From: Camelus ferus
Taxonomy: Eukaryota
Direction of reading: 5' to 3'
NCBI RefSeq assembly: GCF_009834535.1
Contig: NC_045697.1
Span: 82,338,001-82,402,000, forward strand
DNA length: 64,000 nt
Position numbers and translations under genes: made by a program. The first letter of the stretch is position 1, and every line of letters begins with the position of its first letter. The notes under the pieces were generated by a model. It worked only from the letters and a program-made list of their open reading frames with translations. It searched no databases and had not been told where the DNA came from. This document shows positions 51,685 through 63,524 of this stretch, one piece after another.

Positions 51685-54600
51685 TTTAAAGTACAATTGA
51701 CTAAAGTGTCTCGTAAGATTTTGGTGCATAACATAGTGTTTCGATATTTCTCTACATTACAGTGATCACCATGATGAGGCTAGAGACCTTCTGTCACCAT
51801 ACAGAGACATTACACAATTACTGACTATATTCTCCATGCTGTACGTTTCATCCCCATGACTCCTTTATTTTTGTACCTGGAAGTTTTTACTTCTTAACCT
51901 CACTCACCCATTTCTCACCCACCCTGCCCCTGGCAACCACTTGTTTATTCTCTGTATCTGTGATTCTGTTTCTATTTTGTTATGGTTGTTCATTTTTTTT
52001 TTTTTTGGCTTCTTAGATTCTGCATGTAACTGAAATTATATAGTATTTGTATTTCTTTTATTACTTATTTCACTTAGCAAAATACTCTCCAGTTCCATCC
52101 ATGTTGTCACAAATGACAAGATATCATTATTTTTAAATGGCTGAGTAATATTCCATTGTGTGTGTGTGTGTGTACACCACATCTTTATCCATTCATCTGG
52201 TGATTGGTACTTAAGAGTATGTTTTTTAATGGTTTGGCTATTATAAATAATGATGCAGTGAACATAGAAGTGCATTTTTTTTAAGGTTAGTGTTTTCATA
52301 ATCTTTGGATAAATACTCAGAAGTGGGATAGCTGGAACATATGGTTCTATTCTTTATTTTTTGAGGAATTTCCAAACTATCTTCCATAGTGGCTTCACTA
52401 ATTTACATTATGACCATCAGTGCATGAGAGTTCCCATTTCTTGACATCCTTGCTAACACTTGTTATTTATTGTCTTTTTGGCAATAGCCATTCTGATAGG
52501 TTTGAGGCTATATCACATTGTGGTTTTGATTTGCATTTCCCTGATGATTAGTAATATTGAATGCATTTTCATGTGCCTGTTGACCATCTGTGTCTTCTTT
52601 GGAAAAATCTATTCAGATCCTCTGCCCATTTTTTAATCAGATTGTTTGCTTTTTTTAATTGTTCAGTTGTTTCAGTTCTTTATATACTTAGGATATTAAC
52701 CCCTTATTGGATATATCATTCGTAGATATATTCTCCATTAAGTTGCTTCTCTTTTCCTTTTATTGATTCTTTTCTTTGCTGTGCAGAAGCTTTTTAGTTT
52801 GATATGATCCCATTAATTTATTTTTGCTTGTGTTCCCCTTGCCTGAGGAGACATATCTAGTAAGATACTGCTAAGACTGATGTCAAAGAACATATCGTCT
52901 GTTTTCCTCTAGGAGTTTTATGGTTTCAGATCTTACTGTCAAGTCTTTAATCCATTTTGAGTTAATTTTTGTATATGGTTTGAGTTAGTGGTCTAATTTA
53001 ATTTTTTTTCTTGCATATTGCTGTCCAGTTTTCTCAACACCACTTATTGAAGAACCTGACCTTTCTCTTGTCTTTTTTTTTTTTTTTTTTTTGCTTCCTT
53101 CTTGTAATTGTCCATATACATGATTTATTTCTTGGCCCTTAATTCTGTTTCATTGATCTGTGTATCTTTTTCTGCCAATATCATGCTATTTTGATTACTT
53201 TGGCCTTGTAGTATAGCTTAACAGGGAGGGTGATACCTTCAGCTTTGTTCTTTTTTTCAGGATTGCTTTGGCTATTCAGGATCTTTTGTGGTTCTATATA
53301 AATTTTAGATTGTGGTTCAGTTCTGTAAATATGCTTAGAATTTTGTTAGGGATTGCACTGAATCGATAGATTGCTTTAGGTAATACGAACCTTTTGACAA
53401 TGTTAAATCTTCTAATCCATGAGTATGGAATATCTTTCTATTTATTGATGTCTTCAGTTTCTTACAGCAATACCTTATAGTTTTCAGCGTACTGGTCTTT
53501 CACTTCCTTGATTAGATTTATTCCTAGATATTTTTATTCTTTTTGTTGAGACTGTAAATGAGATAGTTTTCTTAATTTCTCTTCCTGCCAGCTCGTTGTT
53601 AGTGTATAGAAGTGCAACAGATTTTTCTGTAATGATTTTGTATCCTGCAACTTATCTGTATACACTTATTAGTTCTAACAGCTTTTGGTGGAATCATTAG
53701 TGTTTTCTCTATATAATATTATGTTTGTAAATAATGAGAGTTTTATGTCTTCCTTTCCAATTTGGGTCTCTCTTATTTCTTTTTATTGCCTAATTGCTCT
53801 GGTTAGGACTTTCAGTACTGTAAGAGTGGAGAGAATGAGCATCCTGTCTTGTTCCTGTACTTAGAGGGACAGCATTCATTTTTTTCACCATTAAATATGA
53901 TGTTAGTTCTTTGTTTGTCATATATGACTTATATTATGTTAGGAACCTCCCAATGTACCCACTTTATTAAGGGTTATCATAAATAGGTGGTGAATCTTGT
54001 CAAATGCTGTTTCTGCATCAATTAAGATGATCATATGGTTTTTATCATTCATTTTGTTAATGTGGTATGTCATGATAATTGTTTGTGGATGTTGAACCAT
54101 TCTTGCATCCCTGGAATAAATCTCACTTAATCATGGTGTATGATCCTTTTTATGTATTGTTGAATTCAATTTGCTAATATTTTCTTAAGGAATTTTGCAT
54201 CTATGTTCATCAGAGATACTGGCTTATGATGTTCTTTTGTGTGTGTGTTATCTATGTCTTGCTTTGGTATTAGGGTGATGTTGGCCTCATAAATGAATTA
54301 GGAAATATTTCCTCCCCTTCAATAATTGGAATAGTTTGAAAAGGATATATATTAAATCTATTTTGGTTATTTAGTAGAATGTCTGGTCCTGGACTTTTGT
54401 TTTTTGAGAGCTTTTTGATTACTGTTTCAATCTCTGTATTCGTGATCATTCTATTCAGATTTTCTGTTTCTTGATGATTCTGTCTTGGAAGTTTATATAA
54501 TTCTAAGACTTTGTCAATTTCTTCTAGGTTGTCCAATTTGTTAGTATATAGCTATTTATGGTATTCTCGTATAATCATTCGTGTTCATGTGATATCCATT

Positions 54601-57600
54601 ATTATTTATCCTCTTTTATTACTGATTTTATTTATCAAGGCCTTGTCTCTCTCTCTCTCTCTCTCTCTCACTTTTTTTTTGTTAGTAAATCTAGTGAACA
54701 GTTTGTCAATTTGGTTTAGCTTTTCAGAAAACCAGCTCTTAATTTCATTGATGTTTTTTATTGCCATTTTAGTCTACTTCATTTATTTCTGCTCTGCTCG
54801 TCATTTTCTTCCTTCTACTAATTTTAGGTTTCATTTGTTCTTTCTCTAGTTTTTTCAGGGATAAGTTTAAGTTATTTATTTATTTTTCTGTTCCTTGATG
54901 TATTCCTATAGATTTCCCTCTTTGTACTTTTAATTATCTGTTGTTTTTTTTTTTTTTTTGCTTCTCCGCGTATTTCCTCATTGACTCACTAGTTGTTCAA
55001 TAGCATGTTGTTCTGTCTCCACATATTTGTAGTTTTTCCAGTTTTTTTTTCTTGTAATTGATTTCGAGTTTCATACCATTGTGAACAAAAAGGGTGCTTG
55101 CTATGATTTCAGTCTCTTAAAATTCACTGAGACTTGCTTTGTGTCCCTGCATATAGTCTATCCTTGAGAGAGTTCTGTGTGCACTTGAGAAGAATGTATA
55201 TTCTGCTGCATTTGGATGGAACGTTCTGTACAAATCTATCAAATCTATCTGGTCTGATGTTTCATTTAAAGTCAGTGTTTCCTTGTTGAATTTCTGCCTT
55301 AATGATCTAGCCATTGATCTAAGTGAGGTGTTAAAGTCACATCCTATTATTGTGTTGCTGCCAATTTCTCACTTTAGGTCTATTAATTGTTTTATATGTG
55401 TTGGTTTTCCTATATTAGGTACATAATATTAATCACTGTTATGTCTTCTTGATAAAATTTCCCCTTTATTATTATATCTGTCTATTTTTTTCTCTTATTA
55501 CCTTTTTTGCCTTGAAGCTTCTGTTTGTTTTTTTATATGAAAAGAGTATGGCTCCATTTTCTTTTGTCTGGCATTTGCTTGAAGTATCATCTTTCATCCC
55601 TTTAGAGCTGAGTTGTGTCTCTGATTGGTATCATATCATTAGGTCTTGTTTCTCAATCTATCCAGCCACTCTGTATCTTTTGATTGGTGAATTCAATCCA
55701 TTTACAGTTATAGTGATTATTGTAGATGACAATTTAGTACTGCCATTTTATCTTATGTTTTCTAGTTGTTCTGTATCTCTGTTTCTTTTTCCTTGTGTTT
55801 GTCATTTTGATTTGGTGGTTTTCTATGATGTTTTTCTCAGTTTCCTCTTTTTGTATGTTTTTTGTCTCTGTGCTATGTTTATTTTTTGATTACCCTGAAG
55901 TTTGTATGGAACATCTCATAGATAAAATAGACCTTTGTCTACTGATGCCATCTTATCTTCATTTACCTGTGTAAGTTCTTTTTTTCCTGTTCCTCTTCCA
56001 GTTTTATTTTTTGTTGTCTCAAATTATTCCTTTTTATGTTTTGAGTTTGTTACCAAACTGAAGTAGCTTTAGTTATTTTATGCTTTATTTTCCCTCTCTT
56101 TAACCTTTATGATATAATAAGGTGTTTGAAAAGCTATTCTTATAAAGATTTCAGTTTTATGGTTTATTTATCACTTTGCTTACTCAAAATTTTATGTACT
56201 TTTGCCTTTTTCTTTCTGGTAGAAGAACTCCTTTCAGCATTTCTCGTTAGGCAGGTCTAGTGTTGACGAACTTCCTCAGCTTTTGTTTGTCTTGAAAAGC
56301 CTTTATTTCTCCTTCATATCTGAATGATAACTTTCTTGGACAAAGTATTCTTTGGTGACAGATTTTATCTTTTAGGATTTCAAGAATGTCTTTCCATTCT
56401 CTTCTAGCCTGTCGGGTTTCTGATGAGAAATCCGTTGGTAGCCTAATGGGGGTTCTTTTATAGGTTACAATCCTTTTTCCCTCTGGCAGCCTTTATAATT
56501 CTTTGTCATTTACTTCTGACAGTGTTAATATAAAGTTTCTTGAAGAAGGCCTTTTTGCATTGAGGTAATTAGGAGTTCACTTATCTTCATGGTTTTATAT
56601 ATCCAGATCCTTCTCCAGGTTTGGGAAGTTCTCAACTATTATTTCTTTAAGTTAACTCTCGTGTTTCCTTCTTTTCGCCTTCTGGAATATCCATTGCCCT
56701 AACATTGCCTCTCCTAAAAGAGTCAGATAGCTCTCAGAAAATTTTCTCATTTTTTTATCTTATTTCTCTTTCCTCTTCTGCTTATTATCATTTCTTGATT
56801 TATATATATATATCTTTGAGCTTGTTAATTCTCTCTTCCATATGGTTTCAATTTCCACTGCTTTCTAAAGCATTCTTCATCTCATTATTTGAGTTCTTCA
56901 TCTCCTGAATTTCTGTTTGATTCATTTTTACAGTTTCAGTCTCTTTGGTAAAGAATTCCTCTGTTCATTAATTTTTTTTTTTCCTGAGCTCATTAAACTG
57001 CCTTTCTGAGTTTCCTTGTAGCTCATTTGAGTTTCTTCATTACAGCTATTTTGATTTCTCTACCAGTTATGTTGGTTTCTGGAGAATTGTCATTTTTTTC
57101 TTGTGGTATAGTGTTACTGTGGTTTTTTGTGATACTTAAATTTTTCATCTGTCTTTGCATTTGAAATTAAATGACAAGTTAGCTGTTAGAGTTCTTTCTT
57201 TTGTTTTCTGGTAGGTGGTGCTATAACACACATTTTTGGTTTCCTTTACCTGAGCTGCCTCTGGTTATATTTGAGAGTCAGCACTTTCCAGCCTCCACAA
57301 TCTAGTCTCTCCATGCATTCTTTATAGCTTCTTTTGCTTCTGGGATTGTCGCTGCTTTGCTTTTGCCAGAATCGCTATCATTACTGGGATAGTGGACTCT
57401 TCCATTGTGTCCAGGATCCTCTGAGTGAGTCTCTGTGCCCTAGCTGGAGGAGGATGGTGGGAGGGGGATAAGGTTGCACAGCTGTCTGTTCTGTGCCTCA
57501 TTATTATATGGTTCACAGGGATCTCCCACTGCAAACGGGGGGCAGGGGCTGGGGTCATGGGTGCCTCAGCTTTGAAGGGTCCATCCCCACTGCTTCTGTT

Positions 57601-57912
57601 GCCTAGTTACCTGTGGCTATGGGTGCTGCTGTGATAGGGAGGCTGGAGTCATGTGTGACCTTTCCTGCTTTTACTGGATTCTCTGAGGCTTGATCTTAGC
57701 TGCCATGGTCAGAGGGTTGAGATTACAGACACTGACTCTGCTTTTTTTCTCAATTCCACCTCCAGTCCACCCAACTTTAGATGTGTAAATATGTGGAATT
57801 CTCTGGCATACTGTTGTGTTGGGTAGAGGCACCTTTCTGAGTTGTGGGTGTTTTACTGGTTGTAAATTGAAGAGGATGTAGAAAGGTAGTTTTTCACTCT
57901 ACCATGTTTCTG
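51685..57912 (-). mobile_element. Near full-length degenerate LINE-1 (5' UTR, ORF1, ORF2, 3' UTR)
   Basis: ORF2 endonuclease remnant DLIDLYRTFHPNAAEYTFFSSAHRTLSRIDY (55117-55314). Pre-RT segment MDNLEEIDK...KNKSPGPD (54270-54536). ORF1-like ~56200-57060, 5' UTR-like ~57060-57912. Frames are broken. Confidence 0.88.
54646..54669. repeat. (TC)n microsatellite inside L1
   Basis: tctctctctctctctctctctctc. Confidence 0.9.
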
Positions 57913-57916
57913 GAAA

Positions 57917-59920
57917 GGGCATTCTTGGCTGTAAGTCTTTTTCTTTTCATCATTTTAAATATATGGTACCACTTCTGGTCTGCAAAGATTCTGCTGAAAA
58001 GTCAGCTGACAGTCTTGTGGGAGCTCCCTTTTATGTAACTTGTTGGTTTTCCTTTGCTGCTTTTAAGATTCTGTATTTGTCTTTAATTTTTGCTATTTTA
58101 GTACCATGTGTCTTCGTGTAGACCTTTTTGGGTTGATTTTATTGGGACTCTCTGTGCTTCCTGGACTTGAATGTGCTTTTTTCCTCAGATTAGGGAAGTT
58201 TTCAATTATTATTATTTCAAATAAATTTCTCTGCCCCCTTCTTTCTCTTTTCCTTCTAGGACCTCTATAATGTATTAGTATGCTAGATGTTGTCCCAGAA
58301 GTCTCTTAACTCTCTCATTTTTTTTTAATTCTTTTTTTCTTTTTGCTGTTTAGCTTGGGTAATTTCTACTACTCTGTCTTCCAGTTTGCTGATCTGTTTC
58401 TTGGTATCTTTTAATCTGTTGATTCCTTCTAGTGTATTTTTTATTTCAGTTACTGTGTTCTTCAGCTCTGTTTGGTTCTTTATATTTTCTAACTCTCTGT
58501 TATATTTCTTACTGTGTTCATCCATTCTTCTCCCATGTTTGTTGAGCATCTTTGATTTATTACCTTGAACTCTTTATTAGATAGACTGCTTATCTCCAGT
58601 TCACTTAGTTCTTCTTCTAGGCTTTTATATTGTTCTTTCAGTTGGAACATACTCCTCTCTTGCCTTATTTTACCTGATTCTCTGTTTTTATTTCTATGCA
58701 TTAGTTAGATCGGTCACATTTCCCAATCTTGGAGATGTGGCCTTATGTAGGAGACATCCTATGGGGCCCAGCAGCACACTCCTCTTGGTCATCATAGCTA
58801 TAATGATCTAGAGGTTCCCCTATGGGGAATGGTGCTGGACTGATGGTGTGTGGGTCTGGGTGCTGGTACCACTGGCTGCAGCATCTGGGGGTTCTGGGTC
58901 TGGTCTTGGTGCACTCATGGGCAAGGCCAGGTTGTGGGCAGCTGGCTGTGGCACCTGGAGGAGGAGGTCCCAGTCCTGGTACTGGTTGGTGGACCCAGGT
59001 CCTGGGTAGCTGGCTCTGGGATCTCAGGCTGGTGCTGGTCCACTGGTGCATGGAGTCAGTTCAGCACAGCAGGCCACTAGGGCATTGGAGTCTGGGCTAG
59101 TCCCTGCCCATTGGTTGGCAGTGCCAGGTCACTAGACTGCTTGCTGGAGGGCCTGGGGGAGCACAAGGGTAGAGTCGGCCTGATGGTGGTGGGTTAGGGC
59201 TGGGTTTCCACTTAGCTGTCTGCTGGGCCTAGGGTGTCCAGGGACTTGTGCCCACTGACTCGTTGGCAGGGAAGCCTCTAGTGCTAATAGGCTAGAGAGA
59301 GGACTCCAAAATGGTACTTGCCAGCACCACTGTCCTTGTAGTAGAAAGTGATCCCCAAAATGGTCACCGCCAGTGTCTTTTCCCATGGGGACTCTCAGTT
59401 GTTTCTTGCTTTCTAGAGGTTCTCCAAGAACAGCAAGTGTGTTTGATGCAGGTTCCTTTCAGATTATTCCCTCTGCACTGGACCTCAGGGTATGCGAGAT
59501 TTTGTACGTGCCCTTTAAGAATGGTATCTCTGTTTCCTACAGCCCTCAGGGTCTGTGTGCAAGCCTGACTGGATTTCAAATCCATGTGTTCTAGGAGCTC
59601 ATCTTCCTGATCCAGGACCCCTGGCTGGAGAGCCTGATGTGAGACTTGAACCCCTTGCTCCTTGGGGAGAACCTCTGCAATTGTGATTACTCTCCCATTT
59701 GTGGGTTGCCCTCCCCAGAATGTGGATCTTGACTATACCATGTTTCTGCACCTCCTACCCATCTTGCTGTGGCTCCTTTTTATATGTTTAGTTGTGGAAA
59801 GTTTTCTGTTACTATTCAGGTGGTTTTCATTGATAGTTGCTCTGTAAATAGTTGTGATTTTTGTGTGACTATGGGAGGAGGTGAGCTCAGGGTCTTCCAA
59901 TGCCACCATCTTGGCCACTC
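57917..59920 (-). mobile_element. Second LINE-1 5' portion (5' UTR plus N-terminal ORF1)
   Basis: ORF1 peptides ELENIKNQTELKNTVTEIKNTLEGIN...ISKLEDRVVEITQ (58325-58549) and SELEISSLSNKEFKVI. The 5' end reads gagtggccaagatggtggcattggaagaccctgagctcacctcctccc on the - strand. Confidence 0.88.
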
Positions 59921-59934
59921 TGCCCTAGTCCCTC

Positions 59935-60105
59935 AGATAAAACCAAGGTGTTGGTCAGGGCTGCATTCCTCTCGGAGGCTCTGGGGAAGAATTCCTTTTT
60001 TGTCTTTTTCAGTGTCTCGAGGCTGCCTTCATTCCTTGGTTCATGACTCTTTCTTCAGATCACTGCAACCTCTTGCTTCCAGAATCCTATCTCTTACTGT
60101 CTTAT
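59935..60105 (-). mobile_element. MLT1 (MaLR) LTR fragment
   Basis: caaggtgttggtcagggctgcattcctctcggaggctctggggaagaattcc...cattccttggttcatg. Confidence 0.75.
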
Positions 60106-63100
60106 AACTTAATTTCAGATAAGAGAGAATATGTTTGGGAAAATAAAATAACAATAGATTTAAACATCAATTAATATTATCTGTAAAGTATATTCTCAGT
60201 TGAAAAACTGCCTACATTTTGACAAATCGTAGAGTTTTTAAAGTCATAAAAAACTTTGCAAATATCACGTGATAAAATTTTAATAGTAACAGTTAAATTA
60301 TTACTGGAAATAAAGCGACGTTTCTAAAAACAAAAGCTTACCAAATGTCCTACTCTTTGATTATTTTATCATCGGCTTTTCAAATGTTCTTTCTTGCTCT
60401 TTTCCAGGTTCAGCAGAATGTGATAATAAGCAACAGCTAGAATGTCTGTGTTCAGTTTGCATTTTTTCAGACTGCTGAGCACATTCACTTTTCTGACATA
60501 GGAAAAAAAATCATAGCATCAAAATGCCATATGAAATATCTTGGAAGACTTGCTGACATAAGGAATGTGTGATAATATTTTAATGAGTATGCTTGCCAGC
60601 TAGAGATTTTTAGGTCAATGAATCCTATCACTTTTAATTTAGTAAAGCTCTTTTTACATGATTTACATGAAATTAATGATCAAATTATTAAGGAGGGTTC
60701 AATGAAAATTAAGCACACTTCCCTAAATAATTTTTCTTTAGAAGTTACAAGTTAAAAATAAAAGCTAAAGTGTAGTAGTATCTGAACATCTCTAATAGTT
60801 TGTAAACGTTTTATAAAATTTTCAAATATGAATTAAATGAGTGTTTCATGAAATATTACTGTATATATACTACACAGTATGATATACTATCTGGTATTGT
60901 AATATATTATTATAGTCAAATGAATGAAAATATGATTAACCTGATGACTTTAAAATTTTATAATTATTTACCATTTTAAAAAGAAAACTTTGTATGCATT
61001 GGATTCAACCATTTAAACAAAGAAAAAGAAGAAAATATTTTTGCTCTTTACGGCCCTTCCAAGACCTTCAGTCAGTCAGGTTTTTCTGTCTCACCCAGTC
61101 TTACGCTTGCATTGGGTTCCTTAACTAACTCTAAACAACACAGCCACTCAGTGTTTTATTTTTCACAGCCTGAATTTCCAAGCCCTTTGTGGTCCCCCCT
61201 CCGTCCTGGGTCTAGTAATTAAGCTTTGATCTTATCCCCCTTTTCCTGAATTGTTTTGGTACCCTGCCAGGGGCCTCTGCTGTGTCTTGATGTCTTTCTG
61301 AGCTTTATGTCCTGTGCTATATTCCAGTCTTGACTGGCATCCTGCTACCTGCTGAAAGAATTGTGGGATATTTTCTCTCTCAAACTTAGAATAGTTTCAT
61401 ATTTCTAATTATCACCTATGCAGAAAATCATACAAAGCAATGTATTTGTTTTATGATGAACCTCTATAAGATCTGTATTTAAACATTTCAGCTGAAACTG
61501 ATTTCATCCATTTTATAAGCATATTAAAATCTAGTCCACTTAAAATCTTTTACAGAGACCTTTTACAATTTAATCCATGTTTTAATTTGATTTTTGATAC
61601 ATATAATATCTTCACCTTATGTATAAATTATTCATTTAAAATCAGTTTTTAATAAAAAGTTTACTTTGTCACCATTTGTACATACTCTAACATCTATTTC
61701 AGTATCAGTGCCAGATTTTTTTACAACCTAGTATTTTTTTCGGATTTCTAAAGGATTTGTCCTATAGGATTTGTTCATTTTTTTATCTAAATAATTCAAA
61801 TGTCTTCTAAAGTAACACTTTTATTATTGCATTTATGATCAATAATATGAGCCAACAATTTTATCAAATTTCTATTACTTTTATAGTTTATAAACATATT
61901 TTTCTGTTTTGTTCTGGATGAAGATAAGCATCTTTCAGATGACACCATGTACATCTGGCCAGTTTTCTGGGCAGTCACAGCTGTACTTGACTTTTCCCAG
62001 ATCACAGCTGCCACCGCTGACACTCTCACCAGGTGTCAGTCTCCACATTTTCCCATAAGGTGAAACGTGTATAGCCAATCACAATTTCACCTTAGGAAAC
62101 ACATTGTCTTAAAGCATGCTTTCATGATTTGATTGTTTCCTTCATGTACTGTTTGCATTCATACACACATGGATGTATATGTGTGTTATGTGTGTATTAT
62201 GTTCTAAAGACTCTAATTTAATTTGTCAAACATGCATTTCTGCTCTCCCTCACTGTCCTCGCCCACTACACACATGCAGCCAACCTCCAGAGAAATGTGT
62301 TTTCTTACATATGTAGTTCTTAAATATGAAGTAATGATTCAAATACCATTGTGTTTGGAGAAGCCCTGTTGAAAATCAAAGCAAAATTACTTTTGTCTAG
62401 AGTTAACTCCAAATGTATCATAATATGTAAACATTTAGAAAGTCTGTTTTGTATTCACATAATTATAAATGTTAATTGTCAATATTGTGAGATTGTTAAC
62501 CAAGGCATGAGTTTCAATTTCTCCTATCAGGAAATGGGGCATTCTAACCAAAGTAATTGTTTTAGAGTTGTTTTCATTTTTTAGTTCAGTGAATCTGCTA
62601 AACTCTCTAACATTGTGGGGATTTTAAAATTACATTTGTTTCCAGGCTTTCTTGTATACAAAATATTGAAATATTCAAAATGTTTTTTTTCATTAGTAGA
62701 AATTTTAAAAGTTTTACTTGTTCAAAAATTATGAAATGAAACAAAATGTTAAACTATTACTCTTAACTACTAGCATGAATTCAAACAACCCCCCCTATAA
62801 AATTATTAAGGATAGTAACACAAATTATGTATTTAGTATTGAAACTTAATGTGTTGTTTGTAACAGATGAATTGTTTCTTTTTTCTTTTGTGGAATATTA
62901 ATATAAAATACTTTTTTAGAGAAAGTAGCATTTTCTTCATAAAGTTGAATTGGTCATTCAGCTTCTATTTAGAAAATATTTGATGCATAATCTAGAAAAA
63001 TATTCAGTGTTTAATTTTGTCTGTTTAAATATATAAATGCATAAAAATTAATTGTATCTATATAGTAAAACAAAGTGGAAATTTTCAATTAGAGGGTCCA

Positions 63101-63329
63101 AGGTATTCTCCACATTTGCATAAGACAGATCTTAAAATTTCTTTGTGAGTCATTCAGTATCTAGTTTCCAGATTAAGTGGCCGTTTAATTTTACTGACAA
63201 AACTGAATAGAGGAAAAATAGAACAGAAAATGAATAGAACCTATGAAATAATTTATTCAAAATATTAACTTACTGCTTGCTGTTGAGTAAGAACTGATAT
63301 TAGTGGAAAAAGGCAATGGAGCGAGGATG

Positions 63330-63520
63330 ATAATTGCCAACGATAGGCAATACTTACTGGTATATATCATGTGTCAAGTAATGCATTTAATGCTTTGTAT
63401 TCTTTCTTTTACTAGTCATCTGTATTAGGTAAACACTTTAATTTTTAGCACTTTAGAGAGAAAAGCACTAAGGTTTAGAAAGTTTGAGTAACTTTCCGAA
63501 GGTGATTTAGCTGGTTAGTG
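63330..63520 (-). mobile_element. MIR SINE
   Basis: catgtgtcaagta...gcactaaggtttagaaagtttgagtaactttccgaaggtgatttagctggttagtgg. Confidence 0.6.
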
Positions 63521-63524
63521 GAAG

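Noticed and set aside
54270..58701. L1 ORF1/ORF2 peptides as functional CDS
   Set aside because: Fragmented by stops and frameshifts; a retrotransposon relic
62030..62090. - strand mini-exon reading EIVIGYTRFTLWENVETDT (tttcctaag acceptor, GTGAGA donor)
   Set aside because: Opposite to the inferred transcription direction, no recognisable protein, and no companion - strand exons found
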